Positions 49,262 to 59,181 of a stretch of DNA of 64,000 nucleotides are shown here, piece after piece. Every line of letters starts with the position of its first letter. The stretch's first letter is position 1. Under the pieces are notes generated by a model. That model did no database searches. It saw nothing but the letters and a program-made list of their open reading frames with translations, and was not told the DNA's origin. This DNA is from a candidate division CSSED10-310 bacterium (lineage in GTDB: Bacteria; CSSED10-310; JAFGJC01): the NCBI GenBank assembly GCA_016927905.1, contig JAFGLW010000004.1, forward strand, positions 1 through 64,000. The letters run 5' to 3'. The position numbers and the translations under genes are program-made.

Positions 49262-52200
49262 ATGATAAACTGGATCATCGAAATCTGTGTCCGGAACCGG
49301 TTCTTTGTGCTGATCGTCACCGCAATCGTCATCGCAGCAGGTGTCTGGGCCATGTTGGATACGCCGGTGGACGCCATTCCCGACCTGTCCGACGTGCAGG
49401 TGATTCTGTTCACGGAATATCCGGGTCAGGCACCGCAGGTCGTGGAGGATCAGGTGACGTATCCATTGACCACCGCCATGCTCTCCGTGCCGTACGCCCG
49501 GACCGTGCGGGGATATTCCTTCTTTGGATTTTCAATGGTGTACATCATCTTCGAGGATGGAACCGACCTGTACTGGGCCCGGTCCCGGGTGCTGGAATAT
49601 TTGAATTTCGTCCAGACGCGGCTACCCAAGGACGCCGTGCCTCAACTGGGTCCGGACGCGACCGGGGTCGGCTGGGTTTACATCTATACGCTGACATCCG
49701 ACCGGCACGACCTGGCGCAGCTCAGGTCCATCCAGGACTGGTACCTGCGGTACGAACTCATGAGTCTTCAGGGAGTTGCTGAGGTCGCCTCAGCCGGTGG
49801 ATTCGTCAAGCAGTATCAGGTGGAAGTAGATCCGGAAAAACTGAGGGCTTACGGTTTGAGTCTCAAAATGGTCAACACGGCGATCAAACGATCCAACATC
49901 GACACCGGCGGACGGCTGCTGGAAATGGGTGAAACGGAATACATGGTGCGGGGCAAGGGATACATCACCTCAATCCGAGACCTGGAAACCATTCCGATCG
50001 GAGTGGAGATGGAGACGCACACACCCATCATGCTGTCCCAGGTGGCGAACATCCAGACCGGCCCGGAAATCCGCCGGGGCATCATCGAGATGAACGGCCG
50101 GGGCGAAGCGGTATCCGGGATCGTGGTCATCCGGTCCGGGGAAAACGCCCTGGAAGTCATCCGGGGGGTCAGGGACCGTTTGGAAGACCTGAAAGCCGGC
50201 TTGCCGGAAGGCGTCACCGTTCACACATCCTACGACCGCTCGAATCTGATCCTGAGATCCATTGATACACTGGTCGAAAAACTGATGCTGGAGATGGCCG
50301 TGGTTGCACTGATCATCCTCATCTTCCTGCTCCATTTTCGCTCTTCCCTTGTGGTTATTTTCACTCTACCGGTGGGAGTTCTGATCAGTTTCCTGATCAT
50401 GAAATGGATGGGGATCAACGCCAACATCATGAGCATTGGAGGGATCGCCATTGCCATCGGCGTCATGGTGGACGCGTCCGTGGTCATGGTGGAAAACCTC
50501 CACAAACACCGGGAACGCGAGCCCGACAGCTCCCAGATTGACCTGGTGATACGGTCCGCCCGGGAGGTTGGACCGGCTTTGTTTTTTTCGCTCCTGATCA
50601 TAACGGTCAGCTTCCTGCCGGTATTCACACTGGAACAGCAGGAGGGGAGATTATTCAAACCGCTGGCTTTTACCAAAACCTTCGCCATGGCCGCGTCCGC
50701 GGTTCTGGCCATCACCGTCATTCCGGTCCTGATGTTCTATTTCGTGCGGGGGAAGGTGTTGCGTGAATCGCGGAATCCGCTGAGCCGATTCTTCATACGG
50801 ATTTATCAACCGGTGATCCATTTTGTTCTGAGGTTCCCGGTCCTGACCGTTGTCCTGGCTCTTGTGGTCATGCTGGCCACCTGGATTCCATTCAGTCGGC
50901 TGGGGTCGGAGTTCATGCCGCCCCTGAATGAAGGGGATTTGCTTTACATGCCAACCACTCCGCCGGGAATCAGCGTCACCAAGGCCAGGGAACTGCTTCA
51001 ACAGACCGACAAGTTGATCGCCGATCATCCCCAGGTCACCCATGTGCTGGGGAAGATCGGCCGGGCGGATACGGCGACCGATCCGGCTCCACTGTCGATG
51101 ATCGAGACGACCATTATCCTGACGCCGGAGAAAAACTGGCCGGACGGCAAAACGATCGAAGACATCATCCGGGAACTCGATGCAAGGATCCAGTTTCCGG
51201 GCCTGACCAACGCCTGGACCATGCCAATCAAAACCAGAACCGATATGCTGGCTACCGGCATCAAAACACCCGTGGGTATCAAGCTGATGGGCGACAATCT
51301 GGAGCAGTTGTCGGAACTGGGACAGCGGATCGAAGCGGTGATCCGGGAGCTGCCGGACACGCAATCGGTCTATGCGGAACGAGTCACGGGTGGGAATTTC
51401 ATCGACATTGAGATCCGCCGCGAGGACGCGGCGCGCTTCGGGTTGACGGTCGAAGATGTTCAGGAGGTGGTGCGGAGCGCTATCGGCGGGATGAACGTGA
51501 GTTGGGCGGTGGAAGCCCTGGAACGGTATCCGATTAATGTCCGGTATCCGCGGGAACTGCGGTCCGATATCGAACAGTTCAGGCATATCGCCATTCAGAC
51601 TCCCATGGGTCATGCGGTGCCGTTGGCCCATGTGGCCGATGTCCGGATCGTCAAGGGTGCACCGATGATCAGGAGTGAGAATGCCCGGCGGACCGCCTGG
51701 ATCTATATCGATCTCAAAACTCAGGATGTGGGCGGGTATGTCGCACGGGCGAAACAGGCGGTCATGGACCGGGTGGACCTGCCGGAAGGCATGTCGCTGA
51801 TCTGGTCCGGCCAGTATGAGTATATGGAACGGGCCGCCCGGCGCCTGCGCATCATCGTTCCGTTGACCCTGGCAGTCATATTCCTGCTGCTGTATGTCCA
51901 TTTCCGGGACATTACCGAGAGTTTCATTGTGATGACCACCCTGCCATTCGCTCTCGTGGGCGGTGTCTGGATTATGTTTGTCAGCGGGTACAACCTGTCC
52001 GTAGCCGTTGCAGTCGGTTTCATCGCACTGGCGGGTTTGGCCGCGGAAACCGGCGTAGTGATGTTGGTATTCCTGGACGAAGTATATACGAGGTGGCGCA
52101 GGGAGAACCGGCTGCGCACCGTGCAGGATTTGAAACAGGTGATCGTGGAAGGTGCCGTGGACCGGGTCCGCCCGAAACTAATGACCGTGGCCACCACCGT

Positions 52201-52360
52201 GATTGGATTACTGCCCATCATGTTCGGAACCGGGACCGGGACGCGGATCATGCAGCGGATTGCTGCTCCGATGGTCGGCGGATTGATCTCGTCGACGATC
52301 CTGACCTTGGTGATTCTCCCGGCTGTTTACTTTCTCTGGCGACAACGCCTGATCCGCTAA
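49262..52360 (+). CDS. Heavy-metal efflux RND transporter, CusA/CzcA family.
   Basis: It is 1032 aa with a 12-TM RND topology and HME-family-like blocks. Confidence 0.9.
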   Translation: MINWIIEICVRNRFFVLIVTAIVIAAGVWAMLDTPVDAIPDLSDVQVILFTEYPGQAPQVVEDQVTYPLTTAMLSVPYARTVRGYSFFGFSMVYIIFEDGTDLYWARSRVLEYLNFVQTRLPKDAVPQLGPDATGVGWVYIYTLTSDRHDLAQLRSIQDWYLRYELMSLQGVAEVASAGGFVKQYQVEVDPEKLRAYGLSLKMVNTAIKRSNIDTGGRLLEMGETEYMVRGKGYITSIRDLETIPIGVEMETHTPIMLSQVANIQTGPEIRRGIIEMNGRGEAVSGIVVIRSGENALEVIRGVRDRLEDLKAGLPEGVTVHTSYDRSNLILRSIDTLVEKLMLEMAVVALIILIFLLHFRSSLVVIFTLPVGVLISFLIMKWMGINANIMSIGGIAIAIGVMVDASVVMVENLHKHREREPDSSQIDLVIRSAREVGPALFFSLLIITVSFLPVFTLEQQEGRLFKPLAFTKTFAMAASAVLAITVIPVLMFYFVRGKVLRESRNPLSRFFIRIYQPVIHFVLRFPVLTVVLALVVMLATWIPFSRLGSEFMPPLNEGDLLYMPTTPPGISVTKARELLQQTDKLIADHPQVTHVLGKIGRADTATDPAPLSMIETTIILTPEKNWPDGKTIEDIIRELDARIQFPGLTNAWTMPIKTRTDMLATGIKTPVGIKLMGDNLEQLSELGQRIEAVIRELPDTQSVYAERVTGGNFIDIEIRREDAARFGLTVEDVQEVVRSAIGGMNVSWAVEALERYPINVRYPRELRSDIEQFRHIAIQTPMGHAVPLAHVADVRIVKGAPMIRSENARRTAWIYIDLKTQDVGGYVARAKQAVMDRVDLPEGMSLIWSGQYEYMERAARRLRIIVPLTLAVIFLLLYVHFRDITESFIVMTTLPFALVGGVWIMFVSGYNLSVAVAVGFIALAGLAAETGVVMLVFLDEVYTRWRRENRLRTVQDLKQVIVEGAVDRVRPKLMTVATTVIGLLPIMFGTGTGTRIMQRIAAPMVGGLISSTILTLVILPAVYFLWRQRLIR

Positions 52361-52449
52361 GCCCAAATCAATCCCGAGATGAGTATCTTCTCCGGGAATT
52401 TCGATGCGAACCATCCGGTTGACAATGCGAGGTTCACCGGAAACGGTTT

Positions 52450-54405
52450 CTACCGGGATCGAATCGTGTTTTCGCCCAGGTCAGGATTGCAGATTGATGT
52501 CGTGAAAACGTCCTTGTCAATGCGTTCCAGGCACCGCCAGCCCGCCCGCTTCAAAAATTTTTCAACCGCTTCAATTTCGGATTCGAATACGAAACAATAG
52601 ACTTCATCATCTTTTTTGATCCGTATGCGGTCACCGACCAGCGAGAGCCGTTTATGCCTGCGGACGGCGGCTGCGACCAATCCGGTTCCCTTGTAATCGG
52701 CCGTCAAAGCACCGCTTTCGATTTCCCCGGAAGACTCGGTCCCGTATTGCCATCTTTGCATGTGAACCTGTTTCAGGTTGAAACGGCGGTTCCACAAGTC
52801 CACATCAACCGGCCTTCCGAAGGCGAGTTCGGCGCCGGCTTTGTGCAGCATATCGACGGTCAGAGATGCCGAAACGCTTTTCAGGGCGGTCCACAGGGAG
52901 ACCGTTTTGGTTTCCTCCTTGACTTTTTGGATAAAAAGGTAATTCACTTCGTCATTTGCGGTCAGAGCAAGGGCACCCCGCCGGGTGTCAATTTCAGCCC
53001 GAAGCAGATTCGTAGCCTGGAGGCCGTTGCCATAAATAACGCGAGTGCAATCGGTTTCCGCAGCCCTGCAATTATCCGCATTGGAATCGATAAAGACGAC
53101 TTCCTGACCATCTTCCTTGAACAATTTGGCCAGCCCGCGAGCCAGGGAGTTTGCCCCCAGAAAAACCCATCCGGTCTGGCTGGGGCGTCTCAGGCCCAGG
53201 ATCCCGGCCACGAAGCCGCCTGTCAGGCCTGCGAACACGACGGTCACGGCGATCACCAAAAAAACCAGCGCTCGCAGCTCGTAACCCCCGGACATCCCCT
53301 TCTCGGTAAAAGCGGCGGCAAAAAATGAAGCCACAGCCGCCGCCACAATCCCCCGGGGGCCGATCCAGGCGATGAAAACCCGCTCTTTCCAGCCCAGACT
53401 CGAGAATCCCGTTCCGGCCAGCACGGCCGCCGGACGGACCAGGAACATCAGGATCAGCACGACGGCCACCGCCGGCCAGCCCAGACCGATGATGTGGTCC
53501 ATACGCACATCGGCTGCCAGCAGCACGAAAAGCATGCCGATCAATAAAACGGTCAACTCTTCCTTGAATTCCACCAGTTGCCGCAAGGCATCCTTGCAGA
53601 AGTTGCCGATGACGATGCCGGCCATGACGACGGCGGCGATGCCGCTTTCCGGAAACATCAGATTGCTGCACTGAAAAAGCGCTAGTATGACGGCCAGCGT
53701 AAATACATTTTCAGTTCCTTTCGGAATCAACCGCCGGAGTTTAAAAAGAAAGAGCAGCACCGTTCCGACAATTCCGCCGATCAGGGCACCGAAACCAAGA
53801 CGGGAAATGACATACCATGTCCAGACCAGCAGAGTGTCTTGGGCTGGGTTGAGTGCGGCTTCCAGGGCTACCGTGGCGACAACCGCCCCGAGAGCGTCAA
53901 TCAGGACACCTTCAGCTTCCAGCACATCAGCCACCGAACTTTTTATTTTCAACCGTTTTAAAAGCGGATTGATCACCGTAGGTCCGGTCACCATCACCAA
54001 TGTGCCGAAAAGAAACGCGCTTTTCCATGACCAGTGCATGATCTGATACACTGCGGTTGCAGCTCCGATCACCGTCACGAATCCGCCCAGGAGAATCAGC
54101 TGGCGGATTGAACGCTGTGTTCGTTTCAGTCGGCCGAATTTCAGATTGATCCCGCCTTCAAAAAGAATGACGGCCACGGCGAACCCGGTCAGGATCTGCA
54201 GCCCGGGACCGAGAGTTTCCGGCCGAATCAATCCTGCACCGTCCGGCCCGAAAACAACTCCGGCAGCCAGCAGAATGACGATGCCCGGAATCCGAAGATG
54301 ATAAGCCAGGGATTGGGAAATCATACCCAGGGCCAACGCCAGCGCAATGGTCAGTCCCGGATTATTCAAAATGACCAGATCCATCAAAAACATCTCACCT
54401 GCCAC
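52450..54405 (-). CDS. CPA1-type cation/proton antiporter (NhaP-like) with a C-terminal RCK (TrkA-N/TrkA-C) domain.
   Basis: It has an N-terminal 12-13-TM antiporter domain. The C-terminus has a Rossmann-like motif VFLGANSLARGLA and a TrkA-C-like tail. Confidence 0.75.
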   Translation of the reverse strand: MAGEMFLMDLVILNNPGLTIALALALGMISQSLAYHLRIPGIVILLAAGVVFGPDGAGLIRPETLGPGLQILTGFAVAVILFEGGINLKFGRLKRTQRSIRQLILLGGFVTVIGAATAVYQIMHWSWKSAFLFGTLVMVTGPTVINPLLKRLKIKSSVADVLEAEGVLIDALGAVVATVALEAALNPAQDTLLVWTWYVISRLGFGALIGGIVGTVLLFLFKLRRLIPKGTENVFTLAVILALFQCSNLMFPESGIAAVVMAGIVIGNFCKDALRQLVEFKEELTVLLIGMLFVLLAADVRMDHIIGLGWPAVAVVLILMFLVRPAAVLAGTGFSSLGWKERVFIAWIGPRGIVAAAVASFFAAAFTEKGMSGGYELRALVFLVIAVTVVFAGLTGGFVAGILGLRRPSQTGWVFLGANSLARGLAKLFKEDGQEVVFIDSNADNCRAAETDCTRVIYGNGLQATNLLRAEIDTRRGALALTANDEVNYLFIQKVKEETKTVSLWTALKSVSASLTVDMLHKAGAELAFGRPVDVDLWNRRFNLKQVHMQRWQYGTESSGEIESGALTADYKGTGLVAAAVRRHKRLSLVGDRIRIKKDDEVYCFVFESEIEAVEKFLKRAGWRCLERIDKDVFTTSICNPDLGENTIRSR

Positions 54406-54455
54406 AGTATAGCCGTGCGGGTTTCGACAATCTACAATTTACAGTGTCCGCGGGA

Positions 54456-57400
54456 TTACTTTATGGACGCGGCAGCCAGGTGGCGTTTGAGCTGCAGCAC
54501 CGTGACGTCCGGATCGACCATGAGCCGTTCCGGCTCGAAATCACACGCGATTAAAAGCTCCAAGGATTCCCCGGCACCCGGCCGGGCGGTGATGCGGGAT
54601 TCCCGGTACCCCGGAACGGATTCGCCGGTGTCGTCACTGAACCGTTTGCCTGCCGTTGCGGCGATATCCACCGATATCTCCCCGGTGCCGGCGTTGGTCA
54701 GTCGGAATCGAATCCACCATTTATCATCGCCCCGGTTCGATTCCACCGCGTCGATCCGGTATTCCGGCAGGGCTGTATCGAAGAAAAACTGCGCGACAAA
54801 CCGGTCGAATTCGCCGGAATCGGGCGCATACCTTTTTAAAAATTCGACGAAATCCTGAAGAGCGGGGTGGTCCGGTCCATCCCGGTAGGCCAGGATGAAA
54901 TCCCGGATCCCCGTCAGAGCGTTCTCCCGACCCATCAGATTCAACATCATCCAGTAAATCCATGCGGATCGGTTGTAGGTCACGGTGTTGTCCCCAGGCC
55001 GGCTCCCGTCCACCTTCACCAGAGGCCGCTCGGAATCCTTCTGCCGGTTTTCGCCGTAATCGTGTTCCAGCCGCCGGCAGAATTCCATCCGGGCGTAATC
55101 GCCTTTCACCTGATCAAACAGCAGTATCGACGAGAAATTGGCCATCCCCTCCAGAAAGACGTTCCCGCCGGGACCCTTGCCCGACATCAGGATGTTGGCC
55201 CACCATTGGTGCGCGATTTCGTGGGCGGCCACGAAAAACGCCACCTGAGTTCTGGGATCGTCTTTGGCCAGGAATCCCAGCGCTTCTGAAAACGTGATGT
55301 TGGTGGGAAATCCCTGGGCATAATAAGCCAGACCGGGAAACTCGCTGATCTTCAATTCACCCCAGGGATACGGCATGAACCAGTCGGAATAATATTTTCG
55401 CGCCGCGTCCATCGCCTGGCCGATCACCTCGACATTATAACCGTGACCGGGATGATAATACAGCGCCGTGCCGTCGCCTTTCCGGACATCCCAACGGCCG
55501 GCGACAATGTTGAAAAACCGGACCGGGCAATCGGTTATCCAATGATACACGGCCCGGTCGTTTTCAATACGGCGGTTCTTCAACATTCCCACGGAATTGG
55601 CTGTGTATTCAACGGGCAACTCGACCCGGATATCAGTTGTGAACGGCCGGTTCGGCCCGATGAACGGTCCGGTAATCCCCTCATAATAATCGTCCGGGTA
55701 TACCTTCGCATCATAACGGTTGTCTTCATCGATCCCGACTTCCTCATGAAATCCCAGATCCGGGACAAATTCCGGATTGAACGATGTCAGGACGACTCCC
55801 GACGGCAGAATGAATTCACGCGATCCCCCTCCGTTTCGGGTGATTCCCCCGGGCATGATTCCCTCATAAGTGAACCCCAGCAGGATCGTTTCGCCGGACG
55901 CCATCGCCTGCACCGGAGTGAATACATATAGGTTTGACCGGTTCTCCGGTTCATACGGTTTCCCGGCCAGCGTCCACGCCAGATTGCTCCAGTCCGGTCC
56001 GCCGGTCACCGGAAACCGGCGGAGCGGTTTATCGCTGGGATTGATCAGGCGATAAGTTCCGCTGACTGCAAAGCCTCTCGTTTCAGGATACAGCTCCACG
56101 TCCAGATCGACGTGGGCGATGTCCGGAACAGGGGTATCTTTCCAGGTCGCCAGGTTATGCCGCCAGTAGTCTTTTTCCGCCTTTTCCCGGACGCTGCCCT
56201 GAAATCCGGTCCCGACTTCGTGGAACAGGACGATCCCGGCAGCGAGCGGGATAATCATGAACGGGATCAGCGTTGCAGCCAGCCGCAGCAGAACCGGGAA
56301 TTGCAGCCGGTTCAACCGTCCGGAGGCATCCGGTGTTCGACGCTCGAACAGCTTGACGGCCAGGACGGTGAACAGAACCGCGAGCCCCAGAATCATTATG
56401 CGGTTCAGGACCAGAGCGTACCGGTCCATCTCCAGCACTCCCATGTCGCTCCATTGCAGCACCTTCCACAGATTCCAGTTGCCGACCCAGTTCATATGTC
56501 CCGTCGCCTGCCGGTACCCGGTGAAGATCAGAACCGACAGGCAGACGGCGTAAGTCGAATAGCGGTTGCGTGTTGCGGAATACACCACCATGGCGAATGC
56601 GGACCATGCGACGAAGGTGGGAAACAGCAGCAGGCCCCAGACAACCGCGAACGGTTTGATCTCAACCGGCACCCGACCCTGAACCAGGATCGCAGTGATA
56701 CCGACAACCAGAAATACCAGGACGATCAGGACACCGACCAGGCCGTTGGCGGCGGCTTTCCCGGACAGAACGGCGAAGTTGCCCACGGGAGAAGCTCGGT
56801 ATACCGGAGCCAGCCCGGTGGCTTTTTCCCTGCGGGCGGATTCGACCATGTAGAACATCAGAAGCAGGCAGACGGTCAGGGTCAGGGGTTCCATGGAATT
56901 GACTGCGAACAATCCGGATGTGGTCAGAAGCGGGGTATCCATCGGGCCGACCGACGTCATGGCATCGGAAAACGCGTTCAATAGGATGATCGGCACGAAC
57001 AGATACAGACCGGCACTGAATAGCAGCTCCCGGAGTTCGACCCGGACGATAGCGGGGAAAGTCTCAAAAAATGAAGGCGTACGGCCGGTCATTCCCAGTT
57101 CGCCCAGGGGGCGGTACGCCGCGGCCGGCTGAGTGGTCCGGATCGTCTCGGAGCCGTTATATCCCGGCGGGTTGCGCCTTTTCAGACTCCATGATTTCGA
57201 TCGCCTCAACACCCGGCCGAAATGAAACTGGCTGAGACCGATGGCGGCGAATCCCAGAACCGTGAACAGGATCCGATTGCCAATGATGATGCCGTCCATC
57301 GGCACCCGGGAATGGTTGTAAAATTGAGTGCCCTGATCGACCTTGATCCAGGTTTGAGACAACCACCGCAGACCAGCCGGATCGCTGAGCATCAACATTC

Positions 57401-58055
57401 GGTCAATCCGGATATCCAACCATGACGGGGACCACTCCCACAGAAAAAAGAGGGTGACGGAGAGAATGATAACCGGAAGGAAGAACAGGAGGCGGGAGTT
57501 CCGAGTCCACTCCCCCATCAGGAAGGTCAACCCGGTTATGAAAAAGATGACCGGCAGCCCGAAAATGACTGCCGGGCGAATGTAATGAGCGGCCTGGAAC
57601 GGGCCGAAAAATTCAATGTTTTCGGTATGGGGAACGGCATGATTGAAAAACATCGAGGCCGAAACCTGGACCGACAGAACAATCAGGAACACCGCCACGA
57701 CCGCCAGAGCTTTGCCCCAGACATATTCCGAGGGTTTAAGCGGTGTTGAATGAAGCAGCTCGGTTATTTTTTGTTCATCGTCCCGGATGACCGACAGACC
57801 GGCTGTAACGGAAATGAAAAAGATGTAAAGGATGAAAATCAGGACGGCATCGAAGAATGCATTGGAAAACTCCGATGTAATCCAGGCTTTTGTTCCGCCG
57901 ATTTCAGCATCTCCGGATGCCACCACACGGACATTTCCTTTGGAAATACCGAATCCGATGAACAGGACCAGCAGAATCATGATCCAGAAGAACGGACGCC
58001 GGACATTTTGGGACAGCTCGCGCCGGAACACGCTGAAAAACCGGATTCGGTTCAT
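54456..58055 (-). CDS. Fusion protein: ABC-2 family permease (N-terminal, multi-TM) plus an M1-like gluzincin aminopeptidase domain (C-terminal).
   Basis: It has about 12 TM helices in the first ~600 aa. HEIAHQWW-x19-E (LEGMANF) is an HExxH-x18/19-E gluzincin motif. It is 1199 aa and coupled to the ATPase below. Confidence 0.7.
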   Translation of the reverse strand: MNRIRFFSVFRRELSQNVRRPFFWIMILLVLFIGFGISKGNVRVVASGDAEIGGTKAWITSEFSNAFFDAVLIFILYIFFISVTAGLSVIRDDEQKITELLHSTPLKPSEYVWGKALAVVAVFLIVLSVQVSASMFFNHAVPHTENIEFFGPFQAAHYIRPAVIFGLPVIFFITGLTFLMGEWTRNSRLLFFLPVIILSVTLFFLWEWSPSWLDIRIDRMLMLSDPAGLRWLSQTWIKVDQGTQFYNHSRVPMDGIIIGNRILFTVLGFAAIGLSQFHFGRVLRRSKSWSLKRRNPPGYNGSETIRTTQPAAAYRPLGELGMTGRTPSFFETFPAIVRVELRELLFSAGLYLFVPIILLNAFSDAMTSVGPMDTPLLTTSGLFAVNSMEPLTLTVCLLLMFYMVESARREKATGLAPVYRASPVGNFAVLSGKAAANGLVGVLIVLVFLVVGITAILVQGRVPVEIKPFAVVWGLLLFPTFVAWSAFAMVVYSATRNRYSTYAVCLSVLIFTGYRQATGHMNWVGNWNLWKVLQWSDMGVLEMDRYALVLNRIMILGLAVLFTVLAVKLFERRTPDASGRLNRLQFPVLLRLAATLIPFMIIPLAAGIVLFHEVGTGFQGSVREKAEKDYWRHNLATWKDTPVPDIAHVDLDVELYPETRGFAVSGTYRLINPSDKPLRRFPVTGGPDWSNLAWTLAGKPYEPENRSNLYVFTPVQAMASGETILLGFTYEGIMPGGITRNGGGSREFILPSGVVLTSFNPEFVPDLGFHEEVGIDEDNRYDAKVYPDDYYEGITGPFIGPNRPFTTDIRVELPVEYTANSVGMLKNRRIENDRAVYHWITDCPVRFFNIVAGRWDVRKGDGTALYYHPGHGYNVEVIGQAMDAARKYYSDWFMPYPWGELKISEFPGLAYYAQGFPTNITFSEALGFLAKDDPRTQVAFFVAAHEIAHQWWANILMSGKGPGGNVFLEGMANFSSILLFDQVKGDYARMEFCRRLEHDYGENRQKDSERPLVKVDGSRPGDNTVTYNRSAWIYWMMLNLMGRENALTGIRDFILAYRDGPDHPALQDFVEFLKRYAPDSGEFDRFVAQFFFDTALPEYRIDAVESNRGDDKWWIRFRLTNAGTGEISVDIAATAGKRFSDDTGESVPGYRESRITARPGAGESLELLIACDFEPERLMVDPDVTVLQLKRHLAAASIK

Positions 58056-58957
58056 CGGGATGTCTTCCCTGAAACGGGTCGTTCAGCGGCAGCGCGGGCC
58101 ATCAGGGCCAGGTAGGCGTCCTCCAGTGTCGGAGTGGTTTCCTGAAAACCCGCCGGCGGATCCATTGCGGGACTGTAGACCCGGAGGTGGTTTGTTCCCT
58201 GGATCAGCATGGCCTTGGTGACGCAGTGGGTTGTTTCGATGTCCCGGAGCCGGCCGTTGTCGGCGGTTCCCTCGAATATCCGGCCCTTCAGGGTTTCCCG
58301 GGCTTCGGAAGGCGTCGTCAATGCAATCAGCCGCCCGTTCCGGATCACGGCGAATTTTGAACATAATACGGCGACATCTTCGACGATGTGGGTGGAGAGA
58401 AGAACGATTCGGTCTTCCGCGAGTTCCGCAAGAATGCGGTAAAATCGCAGCCTCTCCTCCGGATCCAGGCCGGCGGTGGGTTCATCCACAACGATGATGC
58501 TCGGATCGCCGGCAATCGCCTGGGCGACTCCCAGCCGCTGCCGCATCCCGCCGGAATAACCCTTGATCCTGCGCCGGGCGGCGAATGTCAGATTGACGCG
58601 GCCCAGGAGATCCCGGGTCAACTCCTCGATCCCGCCGGGAGCGCTGATGCCTTTGAGTTTCAGCAGAAAGACCAGCATCGCCTCTCCGGTCAGATTCGGA
58701 TAGAACCCGAATTCCTGGGGGAGATATCCCAGACGGTGCCGGATGGAATCCGGGTTCCGGACGATGTCGGCACCGTCGAAAAATACCTGTCCGGACGTCG
58801 GTTCCAGCAGGCCGGCGATAATGCGCATCAGGGTGGTCTTTCCGGCGCCGTTGGGACCCAGAAGTCCGAACATTCCGTTTTCGATCTGCAGGTCAATACC
58901 CTGCAATGCCGCCACAGGACCGGGATATACTTTCACCAGATTCCGTATTTCGAGCAT
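58052..58957 (-). CDS. ABC transporter ATP-binding protein.
   Basis: It has Walker A (GPNGAGKTT), the signature LSGGMRQR, and Walker B (IIVVDEP). It overlaps the permease start (ATGA). Confidence 0.9.
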   Translation of the reverse strand: MLEIRNLVKVYPGPVAALQGIDLQIENGMFGLLGPNGAGKTTLMRIIAGLLEPTSGQVFFDGADIVRNPDSIRHRLGYLPQEFGFYPNLTGEAMLVFLLKLKGISAPGGIEELTRDLLGRVNLTFAARRRIKGYSGGMRQRLGVAQAIAGDPSIIVVDEPTAGLDPEERLRFYRILAELAEDRIVLLSTHIVEDVAVLCSKFAVIRNGRLIALTTPSEARETLKGRIFEGTADNGRLRDIETTHCVTKAMLIQGTNHLRVYSPAMDPPAGFQETTPTLEDAYLALMARAAAERPVSGKTSR

Positions 58958-59181
58958 AATGGCCCCCCTTTTCCATTCGGTTCCCCAAACAGTTGCGATC
59001 GACTCGGAGTCGTGCCAATATCAGGTCATACGCCCCGAAACGATAAAATGTTCATTCCCCCTTCCCCGGCGATCCGGCCCTTGCGGAATCCGTAGCATAC
59101 CATCTTTTTTGATCTCGATATTGGATTTTTCTATAATAAATCTCAGTGAGAACATCATTGAGGTGTTTCGGCATTTGACGG

